Assembly (NCBI GenBank): GCA_051294905.1
Contig: CM119371.1
Location: 4,342,001-4,406,000, forward strand
Direction: 5' to 3'
Origin: Botryllus schlosseri
Lineage: Eukaryota
Length of the DNA: 64,000 bases
The notes under the pieces are model-generated. The model saw only the letters and a program-made list of their open reading frames with translations. It searched no databases and was not told the DNA's origin. Below, in pieces: positions 25,042-39,042 of the stretch (within the stretch, counting starts at the first letter, position 1; each line of letters opens with the position of its first letter). Made by a program: the position numbers and the translations under genes.

Positions 25042-27772
25042 TTTTGTACAATTCGACCCTGTGTGACCCTGAACCCTGGTTGGCTAAACCTGCTATATGC
25101 TGCACTTCACACATGAACGAATACGAATCGTCAGTTTTACAAATCATGTATGGCTTTTTGTTCTGTATTGTACCAGTTCAAAACACAAAAAAATGCACTG
25201 GACTAGACCTCGACGAAGACAGTTCAAAATACAAAAAAAATGCACTTGACTAGACCTCGACGAAAAATTGGAATAAAAATGGATGATGAATGAAGGTAAA
25301 ATAACAGTCCCTGACATAACATACGTTAGCAAGAAGTAGGCCTTTTTGTTCAGAAGGAAAACTAATTGCCAATTTTAAAAATCAGCATGTATATGGCTTT
25401 CTGTTCTGTATGAAATCAGTACAAAACACGAAAAAAAACATGGATGAAGAAAATACGTTAGCAAGAATTGGGCCTTGATACAGAACTGTGCAATCACTTC
25501 AGCCAATACTTCTGCCTCCTCGATAACAGTCTTGCTCCTGTTTTCTCCTTTCTCGTCGTCCTATAACATAAATGAATTGATTACTTTGATTGATTAGCAG
25601 TAGAGCAAAAGTCATTATATGTGTTTGGTTGTGAGTAATGTGGGACGGTCATGTCACGTCACATTCATCCAAGGATTCCGAACCGTCTTCAGGAAGTCAC
25701 GACGAACTTGGTGGAGTGTGACAGCCAAGTCAAACATTACCATATACTTCGAAGAAATTGTCGATTTAACTCTGCGTGCCAAATTTGGCTTAATTCCAAC
25801 ATATGAAACTAATAAACCAGGGGTTCTCAGCCATCTTTTGGCCGTGGCTCATCTTTGGGTTTGAAAATGTTCTCGAGACCCATCTCTTACCACAGAGTAG
25901 AGTCGTAGTCCTTTTCAATGTGTGGTAATCGCCCCCACCAATTTGCATATTTCTCTATTATAAGCACCTTTTTATCTTACTAATCATATTTAAATGTAGA
26001 CCTACAGGGACAAAAAATCGCGTAAAGCACGACAAAAATCTACTTCAACAAACGACCAACAAAGTAATTTTGGGTTCAGTCGAGCTCCCCTAATTGGGTG
26101 TTTGGAGTGTGATGGCCCTGGAAGATCGTATAACTCATCGTTATCGTTCTGGGCCAGCTTCAAACATTTCTTTGGTGAACGGGATACTATAGCTAGCTGT
26201 AAAATGTACCTAATATATATACCAGCGAAGTTTCAAATCCCTAATTTTGTATCTCAATGATTTGACTTCTACACGTTGGAATTGAGCCATATTTGCCATG
26301 CATCTTGTTCACCACCGAAATAGCCGACCCAATGCTCCCTCTAATTTTTGACGAGTCTGCACACACTCACCAACTCACAGTAGTGCTTAACGACTAAAAA
26401 AAATGACATCACTTCAGATTTTTTCTGAGCGCAGAGACCAACTAAGCACTGTGCAATTGCGCAGTGCAGCTTAGAGGGAACATGGGTCAGGCAATAGCAA
26501 TCTGAGCCCCCCACGCGGTACGAATGCGACCAGTTGAGGATGAACTTGCTTCACGTGTAGAAATGTGAATTGAAAGGAGTTTGAAATGAGTGACGAATTA
26601 TTGGCAAAAAAGTTTTGGAGACATTGGTTCCACCGCTAAATCTGAGCAAGTGCAACGAGATGATCAAAAATGTATGCAAGCAAGACCAACAATTTTGACA
26701 AAATTAAATGACTATAAATTTTTTTTAAATTACATCACGTCAAAGTTTGGGAACCACTGGTATAGTGTTCTGAAGATGAATGGTAGCGGCCCTGGAGGTA
26801 GCAACGATTCACTTACTGTCAAATGATATGATAAAGAACGCAGCTGTCACACAGACGTCAGATTCATAAACAAAATTACCTTGCGAGCTCCAATAACAGG
26901 TAGAAATCGTCCCACTTTGGTTGTAATTGTTGTACTCTCCGCAGTAGGATGAGCCACTTTAAATGCTCCTTCAAAGATAATATAAGTAGATCAGGGGCTG
27001 CATTACAAAACAATGCGGCAAATCGGAATCTCCGCCAGCGGTAACAATCTCTTTCGAATGTGATCACCCCATAGTGTCAAAATTGGTATTTCAAAACATT
27101 CCAGACTCAACACGGAGTTGCGCAATCAACGCACTTGTTTGTGATTTTGCCATGTCGGCAATGTCAGTAGAAGATGACTTCAAACGAGGGCTTATAAGGC
27201 TGTGTGGTCAGCAACGATTTGCAATTTAGCTGCGATGATCTTTCACAGAAGGGAAGAAGAAGGGAAAGCAAAATACCCTAACTCTGTAAAAATGCTCTCG
27301 AAGGCATTGTTATCGAGGGTTTTGTAATCTCAATTGTAATATCAGTAACAACTTACGTGTAATAGTCTTGTAAAGAGTAAAATTTTGAAAACTTCTTTTT
27401 TGTCTATTTTTGCTTCTTTGACCTTTTAGGCTGAACAATTGCCACACATCTTTTACAGCTATGCTCGTCATGATATTTCTGACCGTTGAAGCCAATTGTT
27501 CACCGTGAAGTCCTTTCAAAGCAGATACCTGTAGTACAAAATACAAATGGCTCTGCCTTACGATAGTGGTGTGTACCAGAATGAAAAATAACTAGATCAG
27601 CCCAAAAATAAGTAGGGTTTCGATATTTTTCGAATTCACTAATATAGCATCAATTCATTATGGTAAAGTACATGCATAAATGACGATTATACCCCCAAAC
27701 CCCCCTCTGGCTACGCGCCTGCATAAACATCAAATAACTTGATGGAACGTTAATCTTGACGAGAGGTTAGAT

Positions 27773-28455
27773 CAGGGTGGGCAACTTCTCCAGTCGGCAG
27801 GCCGGATATAGGAAAATTAAGTACTTGGGCACCGTATTGCTGAATCGATGCATTATTCGTCCATTTATCCACAAGGAATATATCGTATTTAATGAATGTA
27901 TTTTAACGACAGCAATGTCACTTCAAAGCCATTTCTCGCCGATAATGGCGAATACAATGTGGATTTGAGAATAACATTGTCATGTAGGCAATCTCGATAT
28001 TGAATTCATGCGGCCTGCGTCCTCTACCAAATTCGAAAAGTGGCCTGCAACCCATTTTAAGTTGGCGCCCCTGGCATAAGCGGTGCCTTACAAAAACCTA
28101 GAAGTGTGCCGTGCTACAAGTCGGCGGTTACGGAATCAAAAATAGGAAATATCAGCCTGCTGATCATTGTAGTCGACAAAAATCATGATTACCACAGACC
28201 ACATTAGGTTTGATTGCATCGACAATGCCGATAACGCAAGTCTTCTCGCTTCAACGAACTTACGCGTAAGCTCCACTCTCGCAACGCTGCGCATACACGT
28301 ATATAATAAGTTAATAACATAGTCACTAAAATTTGACGTAGTAAGGAATTAGTGGGGAATCTCGGCAAACTGGGGCTGGGCATTATCATGTAGGACAGAA
28401 AACTGTCGGCGGGCCGGACAATATCACTTCGCGGGCCGTATGCTGCCCGCCCCTG
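27773..28455. mobile_element. hAT (Charlie/Buster-type) MITE
   Basis: Termini cagggtgggca...tgcccgcccctg. Perfect 8-bp TSD ggttagat. A partial inverted copy lies at about 24530-24767. Confidence 0.85.
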
Positions 28456-29262
28456 GGTTAGATAGTCCGGCTAAGTTTGCTCTAATCGACAAAATCATAC
28501 CAGTTCAGACTTCTTGCAATCGCGGTCAGTCAAGTTCTTTTCCAGTTGTGCCAGCTGAGATACGGTTTGACAGGGGTTTTCAATAAGATATTCAAGCAAG
28601 ATTGGTGCTGTTGTACTGTGTTCATTTCTTGAGTCGTTGATGATGTGACCTTTAATTAGATCCATCATCTGGTTCATCTGCAACTTGATGTCTTTACGCA
28701 TCAAAGAAATAGAGTGGTAACTGTGTGCAGATGTTGGAGTTGATGAAGAACATGGAGGAGCTAAAAAATTATTTGAATTCAAGAAAACTGGATTGATCAT
28801 ATGCGATAAACTCACCATTACTTTGTGATAGGCCTTGTTGTTGACAGTCAGAATTTTGCAGTTCAACATTGCTTACAAATGAAGGATCGTCTGGAAAATA
28901 GAGCGACTCTATTGCTTAAATTCGAGAATGAATCAAAGTGTTACGAGCTTACTGCATTGGTTGATTCCCTGCAACTGGCCGCTACATTCAATGTTGGGAT
29001 CATGCTGTTCTTGAACACTCTCCTCACTTGAAGATGGCAAACTTGCATTTGAAGCATCATTAACAAGAGCACTCTTGCTTGTCACACTTTCATCGCCAGA
29101 ATCAGGAGGTGACCGCACTCTTGGAGTTGGTATAGGCATGCCTTGTGTCTGAATACTTGGATTACGTTTTTTCTTTGAAGGAACAGCATCATCTACAAAG
29201 TATGAAAGTTATACATATGTCACTTCTGCGTATAACATATTAGGCAGAATAACAGTGTAGGC

Positions 29263-30872
29263 CAGGGGTTCTCAACACGCGGCCCGCAGAGGTATATTTT
29301 GTGGCCCGCGGCCTCTTTCATTACGAACACAATTACTACTGGCCCAGCATTGTTGCATATTAATTTAGCTACTTAGCTCTCTTATCGCACCGTCGCTGTT
29401 TCGTTTGAATACCCATTCGTTGACGTGTTCTGGTCTCTTGATATGTTCTCGAGTTTAGATTGTTATTGTTCTGAATCAGTATTGGTATGGACCTTTAATT
29501 TTTCACTAGTCTGCGTGCACTCACCAACTCACCGCGCGCTCCCTTGGACAACCGTGCGTAACGACTGAAAGAAAGGTCATCAGGTCATCAATTCGGCTTT
29601 TTTTGTGCGCGGCACAGATTTTCTGTGCGTGGCGACTTTGTCAGCAGTGTGCGGCCACGCACGCGCGCAGCTTGAATTTGGTGAATTTGCTTTCTCATAT
29701 ATAAATGGAAAACCCATATTTGTCGAAGAACAGTTGTCGTAACGAAGCGTAGAAGCTTAAAACGATACGACTAAGCAAAAGTTTATTCTAGGTTACATAT
29801 CACCTGATCTTAGAAAAAACGTTACTACCTAGGCGTCAAGCCCAGTAATCCGTTGTTCGAGGAATTACTAAAATTGCCGACGACGTTACAGACGCTTTGG
29901 AATATCGCTAAACCCAAGAAATCTGCTAGAGAAGGTGTGATTTCACTAATACTTTAACATACTGTGCGAATATTCGCTGTTTCCGGGACTTAGCAGCAAT
30001 GTTTCCTCCAAGCTGGGCACGTGCGCAATTGCGCATTGCTGACACGATCTGTGCACACAGAAAATCTAAGTTGCGCACAAAAATCCGAAATGGTGACCTT
30101 TTTTCATAGTCTTTATACGCACGGGTGTCCAAGGGTCTGCGCAGTAAGTTGGTGAGTGTGCGCAGAATCGTCAAAATTAGAGGGAACAGCAAGGACAACA
30201 TTACCTGACAAATTTTGAAGCTAAAGTTGTCCGATTCAACCGTGATCAGAAGAGTAGCCCGTCGACATTTTATCGCATGTTCTGAAACACGTTGCCGCGT
30301 ATACAACTTTAGCCTAGCATTCGACGAATCCACCGACTTCACAGACATTGCATAGCTAATTTTCTTGGTGCATTTTATCAGAGTGGACATATTTGCAGAA
30401 GGAATGCTAGCATGGCAAACGTGGGGAGGTGGCCAGCGAAAAACATCAACTTGACAAAGTTGACTTATGTAACTATTGGTGGAGGGCTCCAGCCATGGAA
30501 GGAAAGGACATGGGTTGATTGGTTTGCTCTGAAATGACCCCGAAACGCCAGACTCCTTCTCATTTCATAAACGGCGATAAGCGTCACAGTAATACCGTGT
30601 GTAATATTAATAATAAGGTACATATACCGACTTGGAAATGAATGCAATGCACGCTCCATGAAGTGATTTACTTTACGAACGCTGTCCAAGTGACCATTAA
30701 TGCTTTGAAATGCATAAAAATGGACTAGACGCCCGTATACGACTAATAAATAGGCTCCAGTAGCCTAAATTTGATAGAAGCTTACAAATGCATGGTAATA
30801 ATGTTTTGCGGCCCGCAGCATCTTTTGCGGGCAAAATGCGGCCCGTTGTACATGCGAAGTTGAGAACCCCTG
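29263..30872 (+). mobile_element. Internally deleted hAT Charlie/SPIN-like transposon, copy 1
   Basis: TIR caggggttctcaac. Perfect TSD gtgtaggc. Transposase relics LSDSTVIRR and FSLAFDESTD. Contains nested MITEs. Confidence 0.88.
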
Positions 30873-31226
30873 GTGTAGGCTATACCTTGATTATCAGATG
30901 ACATGGAATTGTCAAAAAAAATTTTGGCGGCTGACGTTTTCGGTTAGACCGTTGTAGATCCTTATCTGAAGCGGAGGGCAAGCTACTATTGTCTGCAACT
31001 GCCCTCATATCACGAAAGGCCTTGACCCATACATCTAAAACAGATGGATAATATAGATGGTAAGTTTCCAGATTTATCAAACTCCTGGATTTTTAAACAG
31101 CGCAACTAGATCTAGAATTACTCAAATTTGAAAACTCGCACAAACTTGAAAAAACGATATTGTATCGCACACGCAAACGTAGAACTGCTAATGAAATACT
31201 GTACGCAAGTAACTGTATATATAGCT

Positions 31227-31627
31227 TAGTGGTTCCCAACCTTTTTCGGTGTCAGGGCCAAATTTAGAATTTCAGAGTATATAGTTGGGGCCGCACGAAT
31301 TCGTGACTGCTTTAGATCAATAAAAAGTTCACAAAATAGAGTAAAATCGAGGAGAACTGCTGCTGGGTTTTGCCTCAGCGTATTCAACCGTGAGTCATGT
31401 GTTGTACATCTATTCGTAGATTAGTTATCAATACCTATATACAGTAGTGACATAACGTTAGCACTCTACTCAGAACTTTTCTGCAATCCTAATTAACAAC
31501 TGCAGACTCCAAGCTAAGCAAGAGAATTTTATAAATATAAATTTTATTTTATATCATAAATCGATTTCTCCAAATTTTTGTCAGGGACGCAAGACGGCTA
31601 GCTCGAGGCCGCGGTTGGGAATCACTA
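31227..31627. mobile_element. hAT MITE
   Basis: Termini tagtggttcccaacc...ggttgggaatcacta. TSD atatagct/gtatagct. Confidence 0.75.
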
Positions 31628-32093
31628 GTATAGCTACATGCTACAGTCTCATTTTTGGCATGATTCAAGTCATCCCAACACTGGTACTTAGTAACGGTAA
31701 ACCTTCACAAATTAAGAGTTGACTTACTGGATGAGCATTTGATACGTATTTTGTACAGAGACCAATTGCCCGTGTCATATTTCACTTGATGATGATGAAA
31801 CGATCCGTCCCGTCAAATCGGCGATTCTAGCTTGCTTGAACCGTATCCACTCTTTCTGGTACTGCCTACGTCTGTGCTTCCCCCGTCTTATTTTATATCT
31901 GGGCATTACCACGTTGTAGCTGAGCTCCCACTACACTATCATAGACAAAAGTACAAGAATATTCGATCACACTGAATGATTTTAGCGACCACCATCTGAT
32001 GATATTATATAATCCAGCACTGTCACAATAGCTTATATGATATTCGCAAAAGTGCTAACCAAGTTCTATACTTTGTGACATTATACCATACAC

Positions 32094-33548
32094 CAGGGGT
32101 TCTCAACCCGCGGGCCGTATGCGGCCCGCAGACGTTTATTTTGCGGCCCGCGACATCTTTCATTAGAAACGCAATTGCCACTGGCACGACGTTCCATATT
32201 AATTTAGCTACTTGGCTCTCTTATCGCGCCGTCTATGTCTCGTTTTGTTACTCATTCTTTGATGTGTTCTGGTTTCTTGATATATGTTCGACTATAGATT
32301 GTTATTGTTTTGAATCGGTATTCCGCTGGACTCTGGTTCAAGAGAATTCCGTTGTTTAGTACACTTTTAAAGAGTGTTCAACTCAGATACAAGAACAAGG
32401 ATCGGGAAATTAAACGGCGGGTTTGTAACTGTACTGGGTTTGTAACTCTGTGCGGAACAATCAATTTGTTTTCTCCGATATAAATGGAAAACCGATGTAA
32501 CATATTTGTTGAATAACAGTTTTCGTAACGAAGCGTAGACACTTTCTTCTGAAGTTATGCGTATCGCCTAATGTTAGAAAAAACATTGCTAGCTAGGTGT
32601 CGAGCCCACCAATCTATATGCCGCGGCATTGTTAAAGTTGTCGACGATGTAACCGACGCATGGTTCAAAATTGCTTGCAATATCGATAAACCCATGACAT
32701 TTGCCAGAGAAAGTGTGATTTCGATAAAACTTTAACAGACTGTGTCAATATTCGCTGCTTCCGGAACTTAACAGCAAGGACAACATCACCTGACAAATTT
32801 TGAAGCTACAGTTGTCTGATTCAACCGTGAACAGAAGAGTAACAGAAATTTCAGTCAATCTTTCATCGCATATTCTGAAATACGTTGACGCTTAGACTAC
32901 TTTAGCCTAGCATCGAACGAATCCTCTGACTCTACAGACATTACGTAGCTAATTAATTATCTGGATGCTTTTCATCAGAGTAGAAATGCTGGCAGGCCAA
33001 ACGCGGGTAGGGACCAGCGAAAAACATCAACTTAACAAAGCACAATTCTATCTGTATTGGCGCAGGGCTCCTTCCATGGCGTGAGCGGAGTAGAGTTGGT
33101 TGGTTTGTTTCAAATGATCCGAACGCCAGACTTCTTCTCATATCACTTGGAGCTCAAAATGATAATGGCCTCTGTAGCAAAAAAGTGACCGTAATTTTAT
33201 ACTTGCTCGCCCACACATTGAAACAGAGACTTCGGTTCTCTGTTGGAAGGGCTTGAAGGTGCATATACCGATTAAGCAACTAATGCAATGCACGCTCAAT
33301 TATGGGGTATACTTGCGCCGCTGGAAGATACTATTCTCACGAAAAAACACTGCAAACATACGAACTCAGTCCATTAATTCTTTAGAATGCATAAAATGTA
33401 CTAAATGCCCGTATACGACTGGTAAATAGGCTACAGTAGCCTAGATTTAATATTAGCCCGCGAATACATGGAAATAATGTTCTGCGGCCCGCAGCGTCTT
33501 TTGTTGTTAAAATGCGGCCCGCTATACAAGTGAAGTTGAGAACCCCTG
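32094..33548 (+). mobile_element. Internally deleted hAT Charlie/SPIN-like transposon, copy 2
   Basis: Same TIR as copy 1, perfect TSD ccatacac, colinear with 29263-30872. Confidence 0.88.
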
Positions 33549-34308
33549 CCATACACCATATACCTATGTTTCGTATCAAGCATATATAAATTACCATCTA
33601 CAGTTCAGTTTTCAGAAATCCTCTAAAGGAATATGGTTGGTTGAGCCTTAATTTACCACGATTAATTCCAGAACGCAACTAAACCTAACATACGACTGCG
33701 TAGCTGTAAGCCGCCATTACGACAGCGCTTCGTCTGCCGGTATTTCGTGCCGAAACTTATGTGAACTCGCAAGGGAGAAATGGCCTCTCGTTTACACTCC
33801 GGATCAGAAGCCGGAGTCGTAGCAGGATTTCAGCCGGACTGGATGCGGATTCTGAATTTATTTCGACAGTCGTATTTTGGCAACATCCTTAATTATAATC
33901 TTAAATACGATATCATGATTTTGGTAGAAGTTTTTTGGACGCAGAACCGGAAATTCTCCAGCCGGATTCTGCGGACTTTCAAATTTCCTTCCAAAACTTG
34001 GGAACCGACCAATTCCAATCAAATACATCCCAACCACCGAAAGCAGCGGAGGTGGCGGAGCGCGAGGGTGCGGGCTAATATGATATTTCATTTTAGTCTG
34101 CAAAATTGCAAGAAAGAGCGTGACACTAGGTGGAACATACGGTAGTGACACAGGTGATTAATCGCCCCATGAGAAAGTTCAGTATAATCTACTGTAGGCT
34201 ACATTTATAAACACCACTCTACCATAATAGGAAGCAATAGTCGAATTTGATATTCCTAACAAATATATTTTCAGCATTCGACAAAATTTGGCCAATAAAT
34301 GTTGGGGT

Positions 34309-34760
34309 TCAGCACAAGGTATGCACATAGCAACGTAGCTACGTTGCAAATTGCTATGGTATGCACAGGATATGATTTGGACTTGATTGGACAAGAACAA
34401 GATATATTTAAGTCGTGCTTCAGCACAAGGTATGGACAATATATGATTTGGACTTGACTGGACAAGAACAAGATATATTTAAGTCGTGCTTCAGCACAAG
34501 GTATGGACAAGATATGATTTGGACTTGACTGTACAAGAAAAAGATATATTCAATTCGTGCTTCAGCACAAGGTATGGACAAGATACGATTTGGACTTGAC
34601 TGGACAAGAACAAGATATATTTAAGTCGTGCTTCAGCACAAGGTTCGCACAAAGATATGATTTGAACATGACTGGAGATGAAAAAGATATATTTAAGTCG
34701 TGCTTCAGCACAAAGCATGCACAAGATATGATTTGAACATGGCTGAACAAGAAAAAGATA
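34309..34760. repeat. 71-bp tandem repeat (~6 copies), right subterminal array of the EnSpm element
   Basis: gcttcagcac recurs at 34417, 34488, 34559, 34630 and 34702. Confidence 0.9.
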
Positions 34761-35024
34761 TCCTGACAGGTTCAAAAGACATCTAGTGTTTGCTGGGTAT
34801 ACAGTTACTCGCGTATTATTTAGCAGTTCCGCGTGTTGGTGACCAATACAATGCCTCTTTGTATGTATAGTTTACATTACATTCGTTATTTGATTTAGGA
34901 TGAATGATCATTTTGGTCAATTAATCTGTATTTCACACAGTCAGCAATGTACATCATCATACTTCGAAAATTCAATTTGACTTGAATCATGACATGAGAC
35001 GTGAGTTGACTTGACTCGAGTAAC

Positions 35025-38000
35025 CTCCAAAGAACGAGCGACTTGCGTCCAATGAAAATAAGTCGTAAAATGTGGAGCCTGCAGAGACCGTAACTTGTAT
35101 ACATAAAATCAAATTTAAAAATATGGACGGATGCGTTATCTCTAATCAATAGAGTAATATAACCGCCCATAATTTAGTGGGGTATTGCTATAATGTATAT
35201 CCAAACAATCGTTGCAGACTCGGAATGTTACCAAGGTCTTTATCACAAAAACAAATCATGCATCAGAAGCGGAGGGATTAATATTATCAATTCGCAGCGC
35301 TCAAAATCGCATTTTATAATAATTAATTAGTGATGATGTGTGAAATTTTGCTATATCATCATAAAACCACACCTAGTTCAGCGTTGCTCATATTATCCGT
35401 GAAAATACAAAGTCCTAAATACACATAATAATATCTGGCGAATATAGCCGTGCATAGACATCATAGTTTATGATTATCATGACAATAACTGGTTTCCGTT
35501 AGCGAAGTGTTATTGCAGATATAAATACGCACATAAATCAATTGAATTCAAATTCATATTCACAAAAATGTTTTATCTGAAATCTGATGTTATCCGCGAA
35601 AATACAAAGTCCAAATACACATAATAATATTATCTGGCGAACATAGCCATGCATAGATATCATGATGTGGCAATGGGCGTCCTATAGGTGCGGCAGGTGA
35701 CGTGGCAATGGGCGTCCTGTAGGCGTGGCAATTAAGGCGACGTGGCCTTCTGGGATTGGCGGCAACAGAAACGGATCATCACACTACTAGCAATTCACAA
35801 AATATTATGAAGTAGAAGTAGTGAAAATCGCATCTTCTTGAGTAAGTACCAGAAGTAGAGGAGAACTAGAAGTACTTCGTTACTGACCACCTCTGCTGCC
35901 CCGGAAGTTTCATCTACCATAGTCGCCACCACTCGTAAATCTATTATATTTCATTGCATGATTGACAAACAGACAAAATACCGATACTCTCATCTACTCA
36001 CGAACTGCCTCTTCTCGGTGAAACCTTTTTTTCGCACTTGATTCGATTCTGGCTTTGACACATGTAACGATTGGTAAGCGTTTCTTCGCAGCTATATCCC
36101 TGTTCACTTAGCGCTGACATGGGCTCACATACCAAAGGAAAGGTTTTAATACATTCCTTGCGTTCAGAAAACCCGACGAAAATATAAAATTCAGTTGACT
36201 AATTAATGTTTATTTCAATGGCAGGTCCACGAATTTTATTACAATAAAATACAGTCCACAATCAACAAAACATCCTGTAATTCAATATTAACAACATTGA
36301 TGTAGGCCTATACACTCTCAATAGCGATTGACTATCGTATTTCAGAGGGACAGAAAGTGAAAAATCAATCAAAATTCGATAATCAGAAATTCGAATTTTA
36401 ATAATGTATTAATATTTGGATTCTTCCTGGGTTAATTTACGTATGTTATGTCATTGGGATTAGGAAAATGCTCAAATTTTTACACGTGAGCACTAGGTGG
36501 GTGAAACCAACTATGTAAGGAATAAGGATATGTAGGCAGTGGGCTTCACTACAGAATCAGAAATCGTATAAATCGATATTCCAACATGAAAGTTAGTTTT
36601 ATAGGCTAACTGCTTGTAGGTTCATCGTAATTTTGTATATTTCATTTTCATTTTTCTACGAGATGTATCATAAAAAGTGTAAAGGGACGAGACAGTCTAC
36701 ACACATCTACGATCATTGTTGCTTTTTTTTTAATTTTCATATTTATGTTTTTTTGATGTACGTTTTATTGTATATCAATCACTTAAAGCTTAAAACACTT
36801 AATAAGCACTAACACATATCGATAGCTTGATCGCCTTTTAAACTGAACTCCACAGCCATCATGAAATTTGCTCTAAATGAAATATGTGGTCGAAAGCAAG
36901 TAACATCAAAAATATACATGATAGGTAGGGTTACCGTACGTCCTCCTTTGGGAGGATTTGTCCTCCTTTTTCAGGTTTTAAAATGTACTCTGATGACGCC
37001 TAAATGTCCTCCGTTTTGGAATTCGTCCTTCTTTACAGCTTTTTGAGCTAAGATAGTTGATAGATTTGAGTGAAAACGGGCATAAATGACGCTAAATAGG
37101 AAATTCGTGGTTCGAATGAAAGTGACGATCTTTTTTAGTCAACCAACGTAAAGTATGAAAGAAAAACTGTATTTCTGGAGTTGAGCAGGAAAGTTGACCT
37201 CTTTTGTAGTCAACCGACCATGAATTTTACTCCGCAATTCCAAGTCTCATGATTTTGGAAAGGTACACTCCTTTCCCGATTCCAAAATATGGTAACCCTA
37301 TAATAGGTGATGTAAAAGTTAGTCGAGCTGATTGTCTGGAGTTCGACAACTATTGTTGATTCGACAAATAAATTCAAGCAGAATTATACTCTGGCATTTT
37401 GTTTGACCGCGTTATTTAGAGACCGAATCTCAGTGGATATTTCGATATATACAATATGAGAACCACTCATCATATCCATTGCAGAGTCTCAATTTCATTC
37501 TAACTAGCGACGGAATCCTTCAAAAAAGCAAATATTCTTTAGTGAATATGGCTCTAATGCAGTAAAACGAAGTATTCTTGAAGTAGTCTAAATCGGTGGC
37601 ACACTACATAAAACATTCATCCGCGAAATAATAAATATCGTGATGACTCTCCCGATCCTCGTCGAGTTTTAAAACTTGGCTCACCTCTTGTTGGTTTCAT
37701 GATTGTAAGATGCACATTGTACAGACTAAATAATATCAGAAAATTGATCACGTATCTATTGGTTCTTTCAGAGCGCGACATCATTAGTTCAAATTCGCAG
37801 ACATACTACTCGCAACATGTCAATTTCCAAATTATGCTTACACTTGCAAAAGAGATTAGCGTTGTTGCATCTTCCGTTTCATCTCACTGAAAACAAATAC
37901 CGTTGATTTAGGAAAAAATATCTCTTCAAATTAAACACGTCGGCAAACGATGTCAACCATGAGCTATAGTTGGACCATGTGAGCATAAGCAGAGTTGCTT

Positions 38001-38970
38001 AGTAACGAAGTACTTCTACTTTTCGAACTACTTCAAATACATTTTTCCCACTGTTACTACTTTATCAAGTAATTTTGATTTCAGACCACTTCTGCTTCTA
38101 TTTCCACTTCAGGCTGCGGTTTTGGTTTTTAGGCAAAATTAGGCCCAGAAAGCTTACTTTTGTACATAATTATAAATCGGTAATTTTACCTGAGTGGAAA
38201 TTTTGCAGTGTTACTTCTACTTGAGTACCGATGACGACTACTGTCACCAGCTCTGCCCATATGTGCCTCGAAAGCATGGCCGATAACGTCATAAACAACC
38301 ATTAAACAGCGTACATTATTTCGTTCGGGAATTAACGCCATTGTGTTTATGTTTGGTAATCATGCAGGGCAACAGAGATTTGATTAAGTAGTAATATCTG
38401 CTTTTTCATTAAGTTGAGCGCCAGACTGTAAAGCATATGCTTATTACTCACTGGCATATCGCACATTGACGCATGAGCCACGAAAGCAGCCTGGAACCCT
38501 AAAAATCATAAGCAGGAAATAGTCAAAATTTAAAGCGGATTGTAAATGTGATTTCGATTCTAACTCTTCAATTCATACACGGATATGAATACAATATATT
38601 TATGTTGTTGTTTGTAACCAGATATCTATACAAATTGGACATCATAGAATGGAAAGATGAGCCTACATTCTAATTTTGAAAACGGTCAGTCTTCACAATA
38701 TCCACTCACCTTGAATAAAATTCCGAGTCGAGGAGCTCCCACGCATCATCTGCTTGTAGTAACTCTAAATTGAGAAATAATTGACAAATAATAAAATTCT
38801 TATTTGCATACGAAGATTGGATCTTATGCCGTGTCCTCTAGCGTTCAACTATCACGTAACAACCGACACAGTCAGGGTTTGGAACGAGCTCAAAGTTATG
38901 GACAGTGGACACGTGCTCGAAGTTTCGGTCAACGTCTTTCTTCGGTGCCATACTTTGTGAATTTGCATGT
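35025..38970 (-). pseudogene. Putative small multi-exon gene remnant, unknown product
   Basis: AG/GT-bounded exons 38764-38710, 37886-37842, 36099-36002 and 35093-35025 join in compatible phases. One in-frame stop in the joined sequence. Confidence 0.35.
36927..37300. mobile_element. TAGGGTTACC-type MITE family (related copies near 1000-1524, 53720-54103, 55560-55933)
   Basis: Termini tagggttacc...ggtaacccta and shared (aa)aagaggac motifs. Confidence 0.75.
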
Positions 38971-39042
38971 TGGCCGAAACTGCTATGTCCTGTTATGCCG
39001 CAGCACGGTAATGGTTGGCACCAAAATGCCTATTAGTACAAA

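Larger units (their letters stand above)
25480..31950 (-). pseudogene. Decayed multi-exon EnSpm accessory gene (DUF4806-like)
   Basis: Exon relics in order: NWSLYKIRIK (~31730-31950), ADNSSLPS...RKRQPP (30880-31070), PCQTVSQLAQLEKNL (28500-29190), GEQLASTVRNIMTS...FSLKGQ...KRSFQNF (27357-27527), EAEVLAEVIAQF (25480-25561). Confidence 0.65.
24787..34797 (-). mobile_element. ~10-kb CACTA/EnSpm (CMC)-type element, non-autonomous, with nested inserts
   Basis: TIR cccagcaaacac/gtgtttgctggg, with tat flanking both sides. Subterminal tandem arrays at both ends and internal DUF4806-like exons. Confidence 0.8.

Noticed and set aside
24846..25253. ORF with HPQRYPD repeats
   Set aside because: It is the translation of the 24-bp subterminal tandem array, not a gene.
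34179..34775. Regular repeats resembling a CRISPR array, and repetitive ORFs
   Set aside because: These are head-to-tail 71-bp units with no unique spacers and no cas genes, in a eukaryotic TE terminus.
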